Assembly (NCBI GenBank): GCA_022646745.1
Contig: CP060262.1
Span: 3,720,001 to 3,752,000 of the forward strand
DNA from: Planctomycetales bacterium
GTDB lineage: Bacteria; 4484-113; JAFGCY01
DNA length: 32,000 nt
Direction: 5' to 3'
Part shown: in pieces, positions 1-9,148 of the stretch
How the letters are laid out: each line of letters opens with the position of its first letter
Position numbering within the stretch: the first letter of the stretch is position 1
The notes under the pieces: model-generated
Databases searched by the model: none
Told to the model about the DNA's origin: nothing
The model's input: only the letters and a program-made list of their open reading frames with translations
Translations under genes and position numbers: made by a program

Positions 1-2354
1 GACTTTGCATACATCAATGCCCCGCTGACGGTGTCCTGGTAGACAATCGCGGGCTCACCGGAGACCAGCCCAAGGTCCGGTGCCGAGGCGTCCGTTGTTA
101 TGTCAATGTTGTCCCAGTCCGATGCGCTCATACCGTCCACGGTGCTTGCAAAGGCGAACTTCAGCCTGAGGGGGTTGCTGTCAGTATATGCAATGGCTGG
201 CTTTCCGTTGACAACTGCCATTTCCAGGTCATTGCCGTTATTGTCAAGGGTGTCAACCAGCACCATTTCCCAGTCGGCGGCATCCAGCCCGAGTGCTGTG
301 GTGGAGCGGTAGTACAGCAGTTCCTCATTGGCGCTGTCATAGCAGGCGATTGCCGGATGGCCGGCCACCTGGGCAATATCCGGGGTTGATCGTGGATCTT
401 CGCTGAGTGAAATGTCGATGCTTGTCCAGTCTGCCAGATCGTCACCGATCGTGCTGCTGGAATAGGCGTAGAACAGTCCACTGGGCACTGTAGCCCGGCG
501 ATAAGTGATCGCCGGGTGTCCCCCGATTACTGTGATTGCAGGGCTGGAATAAAGAGCGGAGGCTGCACCCGAGATTTCAAATCGCTTCCAGCCCCTGAGC
601 TTCACCAGCTGGCCTGCCACGGATTGGGCTCCTTCATCATCCGTGATTCTGACGCTCACATCCTGCAGCCCGGGGGACAGGTACAGCTGCTGGACACGGA
701 GTTCCCCCTTGTTGTCATCCTCGGCACCGGCCTCACCGAATACACCGTTGCCATCGAGGTCCCACTCAACCGTCGAGATGCTCCCGTCAGGGTCGAAGCT
801 GCCCGATGCATCAAAGTCCACCGTGATGCCGGGCTCGCCCAGCGGCGGAGTGGCAAGCAGCATCGCAACGGGAGGGAGATTCTCCGGCCCGGGGTCAGGC
901 TCAACCACGGTGATTGCGAGCGTGTCCACGTCCCAGCTTCCGTCGTCATCCAGTACCCGCAGGCGGGCATTGTAAGTGCCGGGGGTAGTGTATGTATGCT
1001 GTGCGGCCGTCACATGCAGGATGTCCGTGTCATCCCAGACATCGTAGGTTCCATCCCCGTCAAAGTCCCAGCCGCCGCCGACGACCACCCCGTCAAAGTC
1101 CGTGCTTTCCGTGCCACTGAAGTCAACGATCAAGGGGGCTGTACCTCCCGCCGGGCTTGCCATTCCGACCGCCACCGGCCGGCTGTTGCCACTGATCAGC
1201 AGGCTGACTGAGCCGAGCGCCACAGCTGTTCCCTCAATATCACTGGCTCGCACAGCCGGACGGATGATGCCCAGGCTGCCGGTGTATGCCTGTTGGATGC
1301 CACCTTCATCAGCCAGCACTTCAAATACACCATCCCCGTCCAGGTCCCAGTCGAATGTCTGTGCCCCGCTGGCGGTCAAGGGGATTGCTTCACCGATCGT
1401 GCCACTCGGGCTGCCGGCCTGCAAGCTCAGTTGGGACATGCTTCCTGGCAGCGGAGCGCCTTCAAGCAACTCAGTCGGCTGGCTGCCGTTGCCACTGATG
1501 TCAACGGCCTGCAGCATCAGGTAAGTCATTGCATTCACTTCAAGCACGAAAGCTGGGCTGCCAAGCAGGTACGGCAGCCTCTGCACGCCGACACTCTGGG
1601 GATTGATGAACTGCTTCGCTGAGTAGTACAGCTGGTAGCCAGCCAGGTCAGGTTCACTGTTTACCATCCAGTCCAGTGCCAACCCACCTGCCACTGGTGT
1701 TGCAGTAAATCCTGCTGGTGCCTGCGGAGCCGTGGAGTCTGACCCGTCGATCGGATTGGCTCCGATCGCCACCACATCCAATGCATCACCGCCGCGAACG
1801 AGCACTGCGATGAACATGTTACCAAGTGCTGAGCGGAAGTCAGCACCAGCACTTACCAGCTCCGCAAGCGGCAGGCGCACATGGCTATCCCTGAAAGGCC
1901 CGAACCAGCGCCAGCGGCCTGAGGCCTGGTCCGCCACCGCCGCAAAGTAGCTGCTTCCGGCAGCGGGGTTTGCATCCAGCCCCAGTACACCGGGCTGGTC
2001 CGCCAAAGGCAGGCGGTAGATCACATGTGCTGTTGCGGACCCGCCTGCCAGGCGGGCGGCTTCGCCATTCTCACTTACCCCCTGTACTGAGGCAAGGTAC
2101 CAGTCCCGTCCGGGCAGGAACTCACTGCTGGCATCCACCACGCTGCCACTGCGCTCCTCCCAGGGCTGCAGCCTGTCCGCGGGGAATTGCAGCCCAGTTC
2201 CATCCAGCAATGGCGCAGCGGGTTCCGTTGACCCTTCCACATTGGACATCGGTACCCCGTTGCCGCAGGACTGCACGAACATCAGGAACAGCAGAGTGCA
2301 GGAAAGGATCAGGCAGCTACGATTCAGGCAACAAACAGCAGGGAGTGTGCGCAT
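1..2354 (-). CDS. Secreted or lipoprotein-like protein with PKD domains and beta-propeller-like repeats; 3' end runs off the window (at least 784 aa)
   Basis: My hand translation of the minus strand from ATG 2354 is stop-free to position 1. GGAGAG lies 6 nt upstream of that ATG, and an alternative in-frame ATG is at 2366. The ORF is absent from the track because it has no stop in the window. The N-terminus MRTLPAVCCLNRSCLILSCTLLFLMFVQSCGNG looks like a signal peptide with a lipobox. Three PKD-type motifs are present (FDWDLDGDGVFE, WDFDGDGTYD, WDLDGNGVFGE). C-terminal repeats read GHPAITY, GHPAIACYD, NGKPAIAYTD and GEPAIVYQD. Confidence 0.75.
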   Translation of the reverse strand, partial: MRTLPAVCCLNRSCLILSCTLLFLMFVQSCGNGVPMSNVEGSTEPAAPLLDGTGLQFPADRLQPWEERSGSVVDASSEFLPGRDWYLASVQGVSENGEAARLAGGSATAHVIYRLPLADQPGVLGLDANPAAGSSYFAAVADQASGRWRWFGPFRDSHVRLPLAELVSAGADFRSALGNMFIAVLVRGGDALDVVAIGANPIDGSDSTAPQAPAGFTATPVAGGLALDWMVNSEPDLAGYQLYYSAKQFINPQSVGVQRLPYLLGSPAFVLEVNAMTYLMLQAVDISGNGSQPTELLEGAPLPGSMSQLSLQAGSPSGTIGEAIPLTASGAQTFDWDLDGDGVFEVLADEGGIQQAYTGSLGIIRPAVRASDIEGTAVALGSVSLLISGNSRPVAVGMASPAGGTAPLIVDFSGTESTDFDGVVVGGGWDFDGDGTYDVWDDTDILHVTAAQHTYTTPGTYNARLRVLDDDGSWDVDTLAITVVEPDPGPENLPPVAMLLATPPLGEPGITVDFDASGSFDPDGSISTVEWDLDGNGVFGEAGAEDDNKGELRVQQLYLSPGLQDVSVRITDDEGAQSVAGQLVKLRGWKRFEISGAASALYSSPAITVIGGHPAITYRRATVPSGLFYAYSSSTIGDDLADWTSIDISLSEDPRSTPDIAQVAGHPAIACYDSANEELLYYRSTTALGLDAADWEMVLVDTLDNNGNDLEMAVVNGKPAIAYTDSNPLRLKFAFASTVDGMSASDWDNIDITTDASAPDLGLVSGEPAIVYQDTVSGALMYAK

Positions 2355-2410
2355 ACCGCTCTCCATCGCGGGCCAGGGCCCGCTTGGTCTGATGCTTCAA
2401 GTATAGCCCG

Positions 2411-2430
2411 CTTGGCGTGCAAGCGCCAAG
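2411..2430 (-). terminator. Hairpin just downstream of the antiporter stop; weak terminator candidate
   Basis: cttggcg-tgcaag-cgccaag forms a perfect 7-bp stem 9 nt after the stop at 2439. No U-tract follows on the transcribed strand. Confidence 0.2.
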
Positions 2431-2438
2431 CAGCCCGC

Positions 2439-3413
2439 TCAGTGCATTGCGGTGAACACCAGCCAGCTGTTGTATGCGACATAGATGCACAGCAGCACCA
2501 CGCCATCAATCCGGCTGACGCGGCCCTTGCCCGGTCCACGCCAGGCCCAGCCGATGATGAACAGTGACAGCGTAAGGCCGAGCATCAGCATGATGTCCCG
2601 GCTGAACACCTCATGGCCCACCGGGAAGGGCCGGATCACCCCGATCAGGCCGACAACACCGATAGTGTTGAACAGGTTACTGCCGATCACATTGCCAAGG
2701 GCAATGTCCGGTTCACCGCGCCGGGTGGCAAGGATCGTGGATGCCAGCTCCGGCAGCGAAGTTCCGACGGCCACGATCGTCAGTCCGATAAGCAGGTCGC
2801 TGACCCCCAGCCGGCTGGCAATGTCAACCGCCCCCCAGACCAGCAGGCGAGAGCTGCCGATCAGCAGCACCAGCCCCGCCAGCAGCCAGGCGACGGACAC
2901 GCCAATGCTCATGCCGCGTTCCTGCAGCTCCTTCTTCACGTCACCGGCCAGGCTGTCCTTCCCGTCCTTCATGCCCTGCCAGTGGCTCCAGCCAATCAGC
3001 AAGACCGTCAGGGCCAGCATGATCTGTGCATCGCTGCGCTGCAGCTCGCCGTCATAGAGAAGTACTGCACTCAGCAGCGTGACCCCGGTCAGGATCGGCA
3101 GCTCCATGCGCAGCACCTTGGAATTGAATGCAATCGGCTGGATCATGGCGCTCAGGCCGAGGATCAGGGCGATGTTCGTGATGTTTGAGCCGTAGGCATT
3201 GCCAAGCGCAACCCCCGGGTTGCCCTGTGAGGCGGACAGGATGGACACGAATACCTCGGGTGCAGATGTGCCGAACCCGACCACGAGGATCCCGATCAGC
3301 AGGGGCGGCATCCCGAGGTAGCGCGCTGTATTGCTGGCACCCGCGATGAAGCGCTCCGCGCTCCAGACGAGCAGAACCAGGCCAAAGAGGATTGATAGGA
3401 TCGGGAGCAACAT
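2439..3413 (-). CDS. CaCA-family Na+/Ca2+ (K+-dependent-type) antiporter, YrbG-like inner membrane protein
   Basis: The 324-aa product is very hydrophobic. It has the two alpha-repeat signatures GFGTSAPE...GNAYGSNITNI and AVGTSLPE...GNVIGSNLFN, which are typical of CaCA/YrbG exchangers. Confidence 0.9.
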   Translation of the reverse strand: MLLPILSILFGLVLLVWSAERFIAGASNTARYLGMPPLLIGILVVGFGTSAPEVFVSILSASQGNPGVALGNAYGSNITNIALILGLSAMIQPIAFNSKVLRMELPILTGVTLLSAVLLYDGELQRSDAQIMLALTVLLIGWSHWQGMKDGKDSLAGDVKKELQERGMSIGVSVAWLLAGLVLLIGSSRLLVWGAVDIASRLGVSDLLIGLTIVAVGTSLPELASTILATRRGEPDIALGNVIGSNLFNTIGVVGLIGVIRPFPVGHEVFSRDIMLMLGLTLSLFIIGWAWRGPGKGRVSRIDGVVLLCIYVAYNSWLVFTAMH

Positions 3414-3980
3414 CAGGACATGTTTATTCTACGACCCAACAGCGTCCAGCCAGCGAAAATGCAGGCCGGCAGTCCACGACCTGCCATTATTCCCATTCAG
3501 CAGCGGAACACAGCAGTCCTTATACTCGTGGAAACTCCAAATAGAAGCATCCAAAGTATTACTGCCACGTTGAATTTGCAGGATCCTTCTGCAATTGCCG
3601 CTTGGTACTCCGGCCACTGAAGATATATGTTTTCTTGACAGGACTGTTTCTGGATTTTTTCACTTTCCCCGGCTTATCGAGCATTGGAAAACGACTCCCG
3701 CTGGTCTGGAAAATTCGGCCATTTTTCTCGCAACCCTATTTCACTGCAATCTGTAAAATGTTATATTCACAATAAGAACATTCTTCGTATGGACCATGAT
3801 CGCTTGAGGACCGGCTGAAAGTATTTCCTCTTCTTTCATGATCTGATTTTTCTCCATCTTCTGGTTTCAGGTTTGTTGACGGGCCGCTTGCTCTTTGGAA
3901 TTACATACGTGGTTTCGCATGCGATCTTGAGAATCTGTGCTGGGAGCTTCCGCTCTCGCCAACTGGCTCGTCTGGATTCC

Positions 3981-4008
3981 TTGAAAACCAGGAGCGCGCC
4001 AATATAAA
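3981..4008 (+). promoter_or_regulatory. Sigma70-like promoter candidate for the 1667-aa gene
   Basis: TTGAAA (3981-3986), a 16-nt spacer, then TATAAA (4003-4008). AGGAG at 4016-4020 lies 5 nt upstream of ATG 4026. Confidence 0.35.
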
Positions 4009-4025
4009 CACTCCCAGGAGCTTAA

Positions 4026-7000
4026 ATGCAAACCAATGTGAACTGGTATGGGCGCCTCAGCATTTTGCTGGTGGTGCTCGTGGTGGTTTTCGTAGCAGCT
4101 GCCTGCGGTGGAAATGGTAGTAACGGGCTGACTACTAGTGTCAATCCTGATCAGGCCACTTCTGCTGCACCGGACTTGTCCGGTAGAAGCAACGGAGCGG
4201 TGGATCTGGCGGTCTCCGAGAACGAGATCGGCAGGCTCAGCGCTGAACAGCAGGCATTGCTATCTGACGCGGGCTGGAACCAGCCCTACATCGTCCCCAA
4301 GGCCGGCACCCCGATCCAGGGCCCGAGCCATGAGATGCTGATGGCACAGCTTCGTGAGATGGCTGAGCGCGGCGTTACGATGCTGCCCCGCGGCGTCGAG
4401 GGAGAAGGCACGAAGGGAGCCAGCTGGCTTGACCAGCGCGGCTTCAACCCGGGCGTTGACAGTGGTCTCGTGAAGGGCCAGTACAAGGCTGATGATACCG
4501 GTGCCAACGGCGTGCCGGACTTCGGCTGCAACGCCTCCGGTGCACTGATGGCTGACAACGGCCAGTCCGACATCGAGGACGTGATCTTCGCCTACGGCGG
4601 CAGCATGCCGGCCCAGGCGATCAGCTGGGTGGCTGAGGGCCTGTCGACCATCAACCACTTCAACAGCGTCGGTGGTGGTGGTGACGATGCGTACACCGCC
4701 GTCTACCAGCTGTTCGCTGACAGTGAAAATGCAGATCCCAACAACCAGGGAAACAATGACATCGGTGAGATCGGCTACCGTGCCGACCTCGGCCCCTACG
4801 GCATCGGTTACGGCCAGGGCAGCGGCCCCAGCGGCACGCTGTGCGACGGAACCGCCTACGGTGTCCGCAATGCGTTCTGGATGACCTTCAACGAGAAGTT
4901 CTTCGGACTGCCCAGCGGGCAGGCCACGGCACTGTACAACATCCTGATTGCTCCCTCGGAAGAGGAGACCGCGGACCAGGTCAGCCCGATGGACACCTCC
5001 GCGAACTTCCAGACCTTCTACTTTGGCAACGTGTCCTCATGCTATGGGGATGCGATGATCGTCGGCATCAACGCCGCTGACAGCGGTTGCGACATGTTCG
5101 ACGAGGCCTCCAATGCGCCGTGGCAGGACCGTACGGCGGATGGCAACAGCTACCCGAACATCCTGCACAACCCGGTCTTCGGCGTGATCCTGGCCCGCTG
5201 GGCCGGCGGCAACGCCAACTCGGACAGCCAGTTCTTCGGCGACGGCAGCTTCCCGAGTGCGGCGAGCATCGTCGGCTGGCCCGTGGCCCGTCCGTTCGCA
5301 TACAACAACGGCGCCGCGCTGCTCAATGCCAATGGTGCCTACTACGCCTTCGGCCAGTTCTTCGAGAAGGGTTTCATGTGGTGGATCGACTACGACCAGA
5401 ACAGCAACCCGACCGCGAGCGACGAAGCGCAGATGTACGTCTACGACGGCAACAACACCTTCTGCGAGGGTGAGTACTCCAAGGTCGAGCCCGACGTGTT
5501 CTACGGCGGCGCTGGCGACCTCGGTGTCGGCGTGACCGTTGACGGCGTGCGCTACGGTGCCGGCGACTGGTCCTCCCCGCAGCTTTCCGACGACGGTACC
5601 TATTACCAGATCGGCATGCTGCTGGACGAGAACACCGGCATCAGCAGCGTGACCATCGCTGCCAGCGCGCACGGCTTCGGCGGTGTGACGGCTGACGGTG
5701 CCGATGTGGGCCACCCCGAGTGGGGCGCCTGCCTGTACAAGCACAGCACATGGTCATGGCGTGACGGTACGGTCACGGCAGCCGGCACGGCCTTCGATCC
5801 GAGCCAGTTCGCCCGTACCCACACCTACAGCAGCAATGCGATCAAGACCAATGTCGAGGGTGTGTACACGATCCGTAACCAGGTCGTGGACGCCGATGAC
5901 AACATCGCCTACGGTGACAGCCTTCCGATGCACCTCGGACACGGCGGCGCCGGTGGTGGCGGTGGCGACACCGAAGTCTGGGTCATCCGCAACGACGGCG
6001 GTGACTTCCAGCTCAACCTCGACGCCCTGACCGGCGACCTTGACGCCCTTGGCGTTGGCTACAGCGTGGTCGACTACAGCGCAACCGTCGCTGACGACTT
6101 CGCCGCCAACCCGAACGCGAAGGTCGCGATCTGGTACCGTGGTGGACCGGGTGGCGCGGGTGAGTCCGCGACCTACACCACCGCCTGGACCAGCGGTGAG
6201 ATGGACAACTACATCCAGCTGATGAGCGACGGCTTCGGCGTGATGCTGATGAGCCAGAACCACGGCTACGATGGAGACCTGTTCTTCACCAACGGCTGGA
6301 GTGGCATCTACGGTTATGCGACCCTGCCGGCCTCCGTCCCGGATGCCGACCGCCGCATGCCCTGGGCCTCCAGCCTGTGCACCGATGACGGTATCGGTTT
6401 CGGTGGTTCGCTTGGTTTCATCCCGACCGCCCCGAGCAACTTCATCGGTAACCCGAGCGGCGCGAACTTCGGTGCCGACGGTACCAACGCCGCGGAGCGC
6501 TACACCGGTAGTGGTTCCTCGGGCGAGCTGCCGATCAGCTTCGGCATGGCAACCGGCCGCCAGTACTGCGGTATCGGTTACTACAGCTCCTTCTTCGCGG
6601 GCTCCTGCGCAGGTCCGGCCTTCCGTGCCGGTATCGGCCACCAGCCCAACGCGCTTGGCTTCGACCTGGGCTTCCTGTCCTGGGGTAACAGCCAGGCCCC
6701 GGATGCCAACATCGGCTTCTTCCCGAGCTACAGCCACAGCTTCGGCACCGGCAAGGTGTGGAACGTTGGCTACAGCTGGGCAGGCACCAGTGTGACGGCT
6801 TCCGCTTCCGGCACGATGGACCGCGCCGACCTGCTGAACAACATCCTCGGTTGGCTGGATGACAGCCTGACCTTCGGTGGTGGCGGCGGCGGTGGCGCCG
6901 GCTTCGAGGAGTACGATGGTCCTCCGGAGATCGTCTGCGTGACCCCGATCGCCTGGGACAAGGTGAACGGTGCTGTGACGCAGGGTACCGCCGGTGTGGG

Positions 7001-9029
7001 TGGCCAGAACTACCCCGACCCGAACGGTTCCAACGTCTTCGGTCCGGACATCTCGGCCGGCTTTGACTACGCTGTTGAGTACGACACCGGCGTCCGCACC
7101 CCGGGCGACGATGACGGCGGCCTGAATGGCAACGACCTTGACTTCCAGTTCCCGTTCTACGGCTTCCTGCAGTGGGACGACACCCTCGGAGCCATCCCCG
7201 GCACCGTGGAAGCAGGCGAGATTGTTGACACCAACTACGGCGGTATCCCGCTGAGCGACATCTCCGCTGACTGGACGAAGTACAACGCCCCCTACGGCGT
7301 CACCTTCAACCCGGCCAGCCTCGCCCTGCGCCCCGCAGCAGCCTGGTTCCTGACCGAGACCAGCAACTTCGCCGCGATTGACACCGCCACTTATGGCGAT
7401 GCCTTCGGCCCGAACCTGAGCTTCAGTGACGACGACCAGATCGTTGCCACCGAGGCGATCGCGCACTGGGCACAGGGCACGATGTACGGCGGCTCCCCGG
7501 CCTACCTCGCCTGGGCGATGTACCCGGGCCACAAGAGCGTGCGTTACAACGCAGGCGGCACTGCGGTCGGCTACTACGCGGAAGGCAACATCCTCTGGGA
7601 GAACTTCATCCGCGACCACGATATCCAGGTCGGACGTAACCTGTATGCCTACCTGCGCAGCGACTACTCCTTCACCACCCCCGGCGAGGGCCGTACCGTC
7701 GACTTCGACTACCAGAACGTTGTCGGCTTCAACGGCGACCTGAACCGCAACGGCGTATTCGGTGAGGCCGCTGACAAGTTCCCGGTCCGTGTCCGCTTCT
7801 TCACCGATGTGGACGCCTACGACGATTACTTCGATGACCTGAACGGTTACCCGAACTTCTGGCCTGATGGCGACTCCTTCATTGAGGGTGGTTGCTACAT
7901 TGTCAACACCGGACTGCCGAACTACCCAGTCAGCATCTTCGACGATTCCGACGAGGATGACCCGAAGGACACCGTCAGCGGAAGTGGCCCGGCCTACAAC
8001 GTCTCCCTGTTCTTCGAGATCGCCTATGGCACAGGCCCCTACGATGTCGAACTGGACTGGAACTACGACTTCATCGGCTGGGGCAACAGTGGTTACACCA
8101 TGACCCTGCCCAACTCGCCCTTCCCACTGAATGGCAAGCTTTCCGATGTCGTCAGCGTTGACCCGACTCCAGCCGGTGGCAACGGGGACTACTTCTTCAG
8201 CCTGATGGTGACGGACAACTCCGTGCCGCAGCGCACGGACGAGTTCTTCTGGCCCGATGCGGTGCCGCTGCAGCCCAGCCTGAGCTACGTCGTCGTCAAC
8301 GACAGCACTCATCCGGGAGACCCGAGTGCCACCCAGGCCGCTGCAGCCGCGACAACGATCATGGGTACACCGGTACCGATCGTCAGCAGTGCCACCCTGA
8401 GCCCCGGTGACCTTGACGCCTATACCCTTGTGATCTGGTGCACCAACCACCGCTTCAACGCAAGCGGTGGCACGGGCCCGGGAATCGACACCCCGGACTA
8501 CAACGTGCTTGCTCCCTACCTTGACCAGGGTGGCAACCTGCTAATGTTCTGGCCCTGCCAGGGTCCGACCAGCGGCACGACCCAGATCTACTACACCCAG
8601 GCACAGAAGGACCTGTGCTCACAGTACTTCGGATACACGGGATCCCTCGTGTCATTCCGGATGTACTACCGCAACACCACCACCACCAGCTACGACCCGC
8701 ACATCACTGATGCCGGGCTGGCGAATGGACCTGGCGTCACTGGCATGAACTTCCTTGACCGCAGCAACACCAGCCCGTATTACTACAACGGTTACTGGGA
8801 GGATGCGGACATGACTGGTTCCGACCTGGCCTGGACATTCAGCACCAACCGTCGCACAATGACCTACAACGATTCAAACGGCGCAGCTGAAGGTGGCCAC
8901 TGCATGGTCAACCAGATATTCTTTGAGGGTGCATTGCCGGTCAATGTACTCGGTGGACCAGCGATTGGTACCCAGGCTGACATGCTTGAGAACATGATCA
9001 ACCGCATGGACCCACTGCTGCTGCCCTAG
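4026..9029 (+). CDS. Very large (1667 aa) predicted lipoprotein or extracellular protein of unknown function
   Basis: ATG is preceded by an AGGAG RBS. The N-terminus MQTNVNWYGRLSILLVVLVVVFVAAACGGNGSNG has a signal peptide with a lipobox-like AAAC. The protein is rich in G, D, N, Y and A and contains poly-Gly linkers (GGGGDD, GGAGGGGGD, GGGGGGGAG). High GC3 codon usage matches the neighbouring genes. I recognise no named catalytic motif. Confidence 0.8.
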   Translation: MQTNVNWYGRLSILLVVLVVVFVAAACGGNGSNGLTTSVNPDQATSAAPDLSGRSNGAVDLAVSENEIGRLSAEQQALLSDAGWNQPYIVPKAGTPIQGPSHEMLMAQLREMAERGVTMLPRGVEGEGTKGASWLDQRGFNPGVDSGLVKGQYKADDTGANGVPDFGCNASGALMADNGQSDIEDVIFAYGGSMPAQAISWVAEGLSTINHFNSVGGGGDDAYTAVYQLFADSENADPNNQGNNDIGEIGYRADLGPYGIGYGQGSGPSGTLCDGTAYGVRNAFWMTFNEKFFGLPSGQATALYNILIAPSEEETADQVSPMDTSANFQTFYFGNVSSCYGDAMIVGINAADSGCDMFDEASNAPWQDRTADGNSYPNILHNPVFGVILARWAGGNANSDSQFFGDGSFPSAASIVGWPVARPFAYNNGAALLNANGAYYAFGQFFEKGFMWWIDYDQNSNPTASDEAQMYVYDGNNTFCEGEYSKVEPDVFYGGAGDLGVGVTVDGVRYGAGDWSSPQLSDDGTYYQIGMLLDENTGISSVTIAASAHGFGGVTADGADVGHPEWGACLYKHSTWSWRDGTVTAAGTAFDPSQFARTHTYSSNAIKTNVEGVYTIRNQVVDADDNIAYGDSLPMHLGHGGAGGGGGDTEVWVIRNDGGDFQLNLDALTGDLDALGVGYSVVDYSATVADDFAANPNAKVAIWYRGGPGGAGESATYTTAWTSGEMDNYIQLMSDGFGVMLMSQNHGYDGDLFFTNGWSGIYGYATLPASVPDADRRMPWASSLCTDDGIGFGGSLGFIPTAPSNFIGNPSGANFGADGTNAAERYTGSGSSGELPISFGMATGRQYCGIGYYSSFFAGSCAGPAFRAGIGHQPNALGFDLGFLSWGNSQAPDANIGFFPSYSHSFGTGKVWNVGYSWAGTSVTASASGTMDRADLLNNILGWLDDSLTFGGGGGGGAGFEEYDGPPEIVCVTPIAWDKVNGAVTQGTAGVGGQNYPDPNGSNVFGPDISAGFDYAVEYDTGVRTPGDDDGGLNGNDLDFQFPFYGFLQWDDTLGAIPGTVEAGEIVDTNYGGIPLSDISADWTKYNAPYGVTFNPASLALRPAAAWFLTETSNFAAIDTATYGDAFGPNLSFSDDDQIVATEAIAHWAQGTMYGGSPAYLAWAMYPGHKSVRYNAGGTAVGYYAEGNILWENFIRDHDIQVGRNLYAYLRSDYSFTTPGEGRTVDFDYQNVVGFNGDLNRNGVFGEAADKFPVRVRFFTDVDAYDDYFDDLNGYPNFWPDGDSFIEGGCYIVNTGLPNYPVSIFDDSDEDDPKDTVSGSGPAYNVSLFFEIAYGTGPYDVELDWNYDFIGWGNSGYTMTLPNSPFPLNGKLSDVVSVDPTPAGGNGDYFFSLMVTDNSVPQRTDEFFWPDAVPLQPSLSYVVVNDSTHPGDPSATQAAAAATTIMGTPVPIVSSATLSPGDLDAYTLVIWCTNHRFNASGGTGPGIDTPDYNVLAPYLDQGGNLLMFWPCQGPTSGTTQIYYTQAQKDLCSQYFGYTGSLVSFRMYYRNTTTTSYDPHITDAGLANGPGVTGMNFLDRSNTSPYYYNGYWEDADMTGSDLAWTFSTNRRTMTYNDSNGAAEGGHCMVNQIFFEGALPVNVLGGPAIGTQADMLENMINRMDPLLLP

Positions 9030-9070
9030 TGTCTTCAGCCTGAGACTGATCAACTGAACTGATCAAAGCG

Positions 9071-9098
9071 CCCCGGGGCCCTGTGCCCCGGGGTTTTC
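9071..9098 (+). terminator. Rho-independent terminator after the 1667-aa gene
   Basis: ccccggggc-cctgt-gccccgggg forms a perfect 9-bp GC stem followed by TTTT. It lies 42 nt after the TAG stop at 9027-9029. Confidence 0.75.
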
Positions 9099-9148
9099 GC
9101 TTATCCGGGCCTGACTGGATGGGCGGCGCGCTAGAATAACGCACCAAA

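Noticed and set aside
100-2392. Multiple plus-strand track ORFs: 100..312, 516..1211, 643..975, 1102..1524, 1286..1498, 1293..1622, 1732..1950 and 1970..2392. Also minus-strand track ORFs in other frames: 161..481, 656..970 and 1661..1852.
   Set aside because: They mutually overlap and have Arg/Pro/Ser/Ala-rich nonsense composition. All lie inside one continuous minus-strand frame that carries clear PKD motifs. They are shadow ORFs typical of high-GC DNA.
4669-6903. GGT/GGC codon runs (4669-4683, 5941-5967 and 6877-6903) as phase-variable simple-sequence repeats
   Set aside because: The runs are short and imperfect, with mixed GGT, GGC and GCC codons. They are in-frame and encode Gly linkers. 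They are not homopolymeric or long enough for slipped-strand switching.
5754-8450. An 898-aa minus-strand ORF, plus many other ORFs on both strands between 4138 and 8655
   Set aside because: They lie entirely within the 1667-aa plus-strand gene. Their composition is low-complexity and rich in V, G, A, R and D, with no RBS or motifs. This is the classic antisense open frame of a GC3-rich gene.
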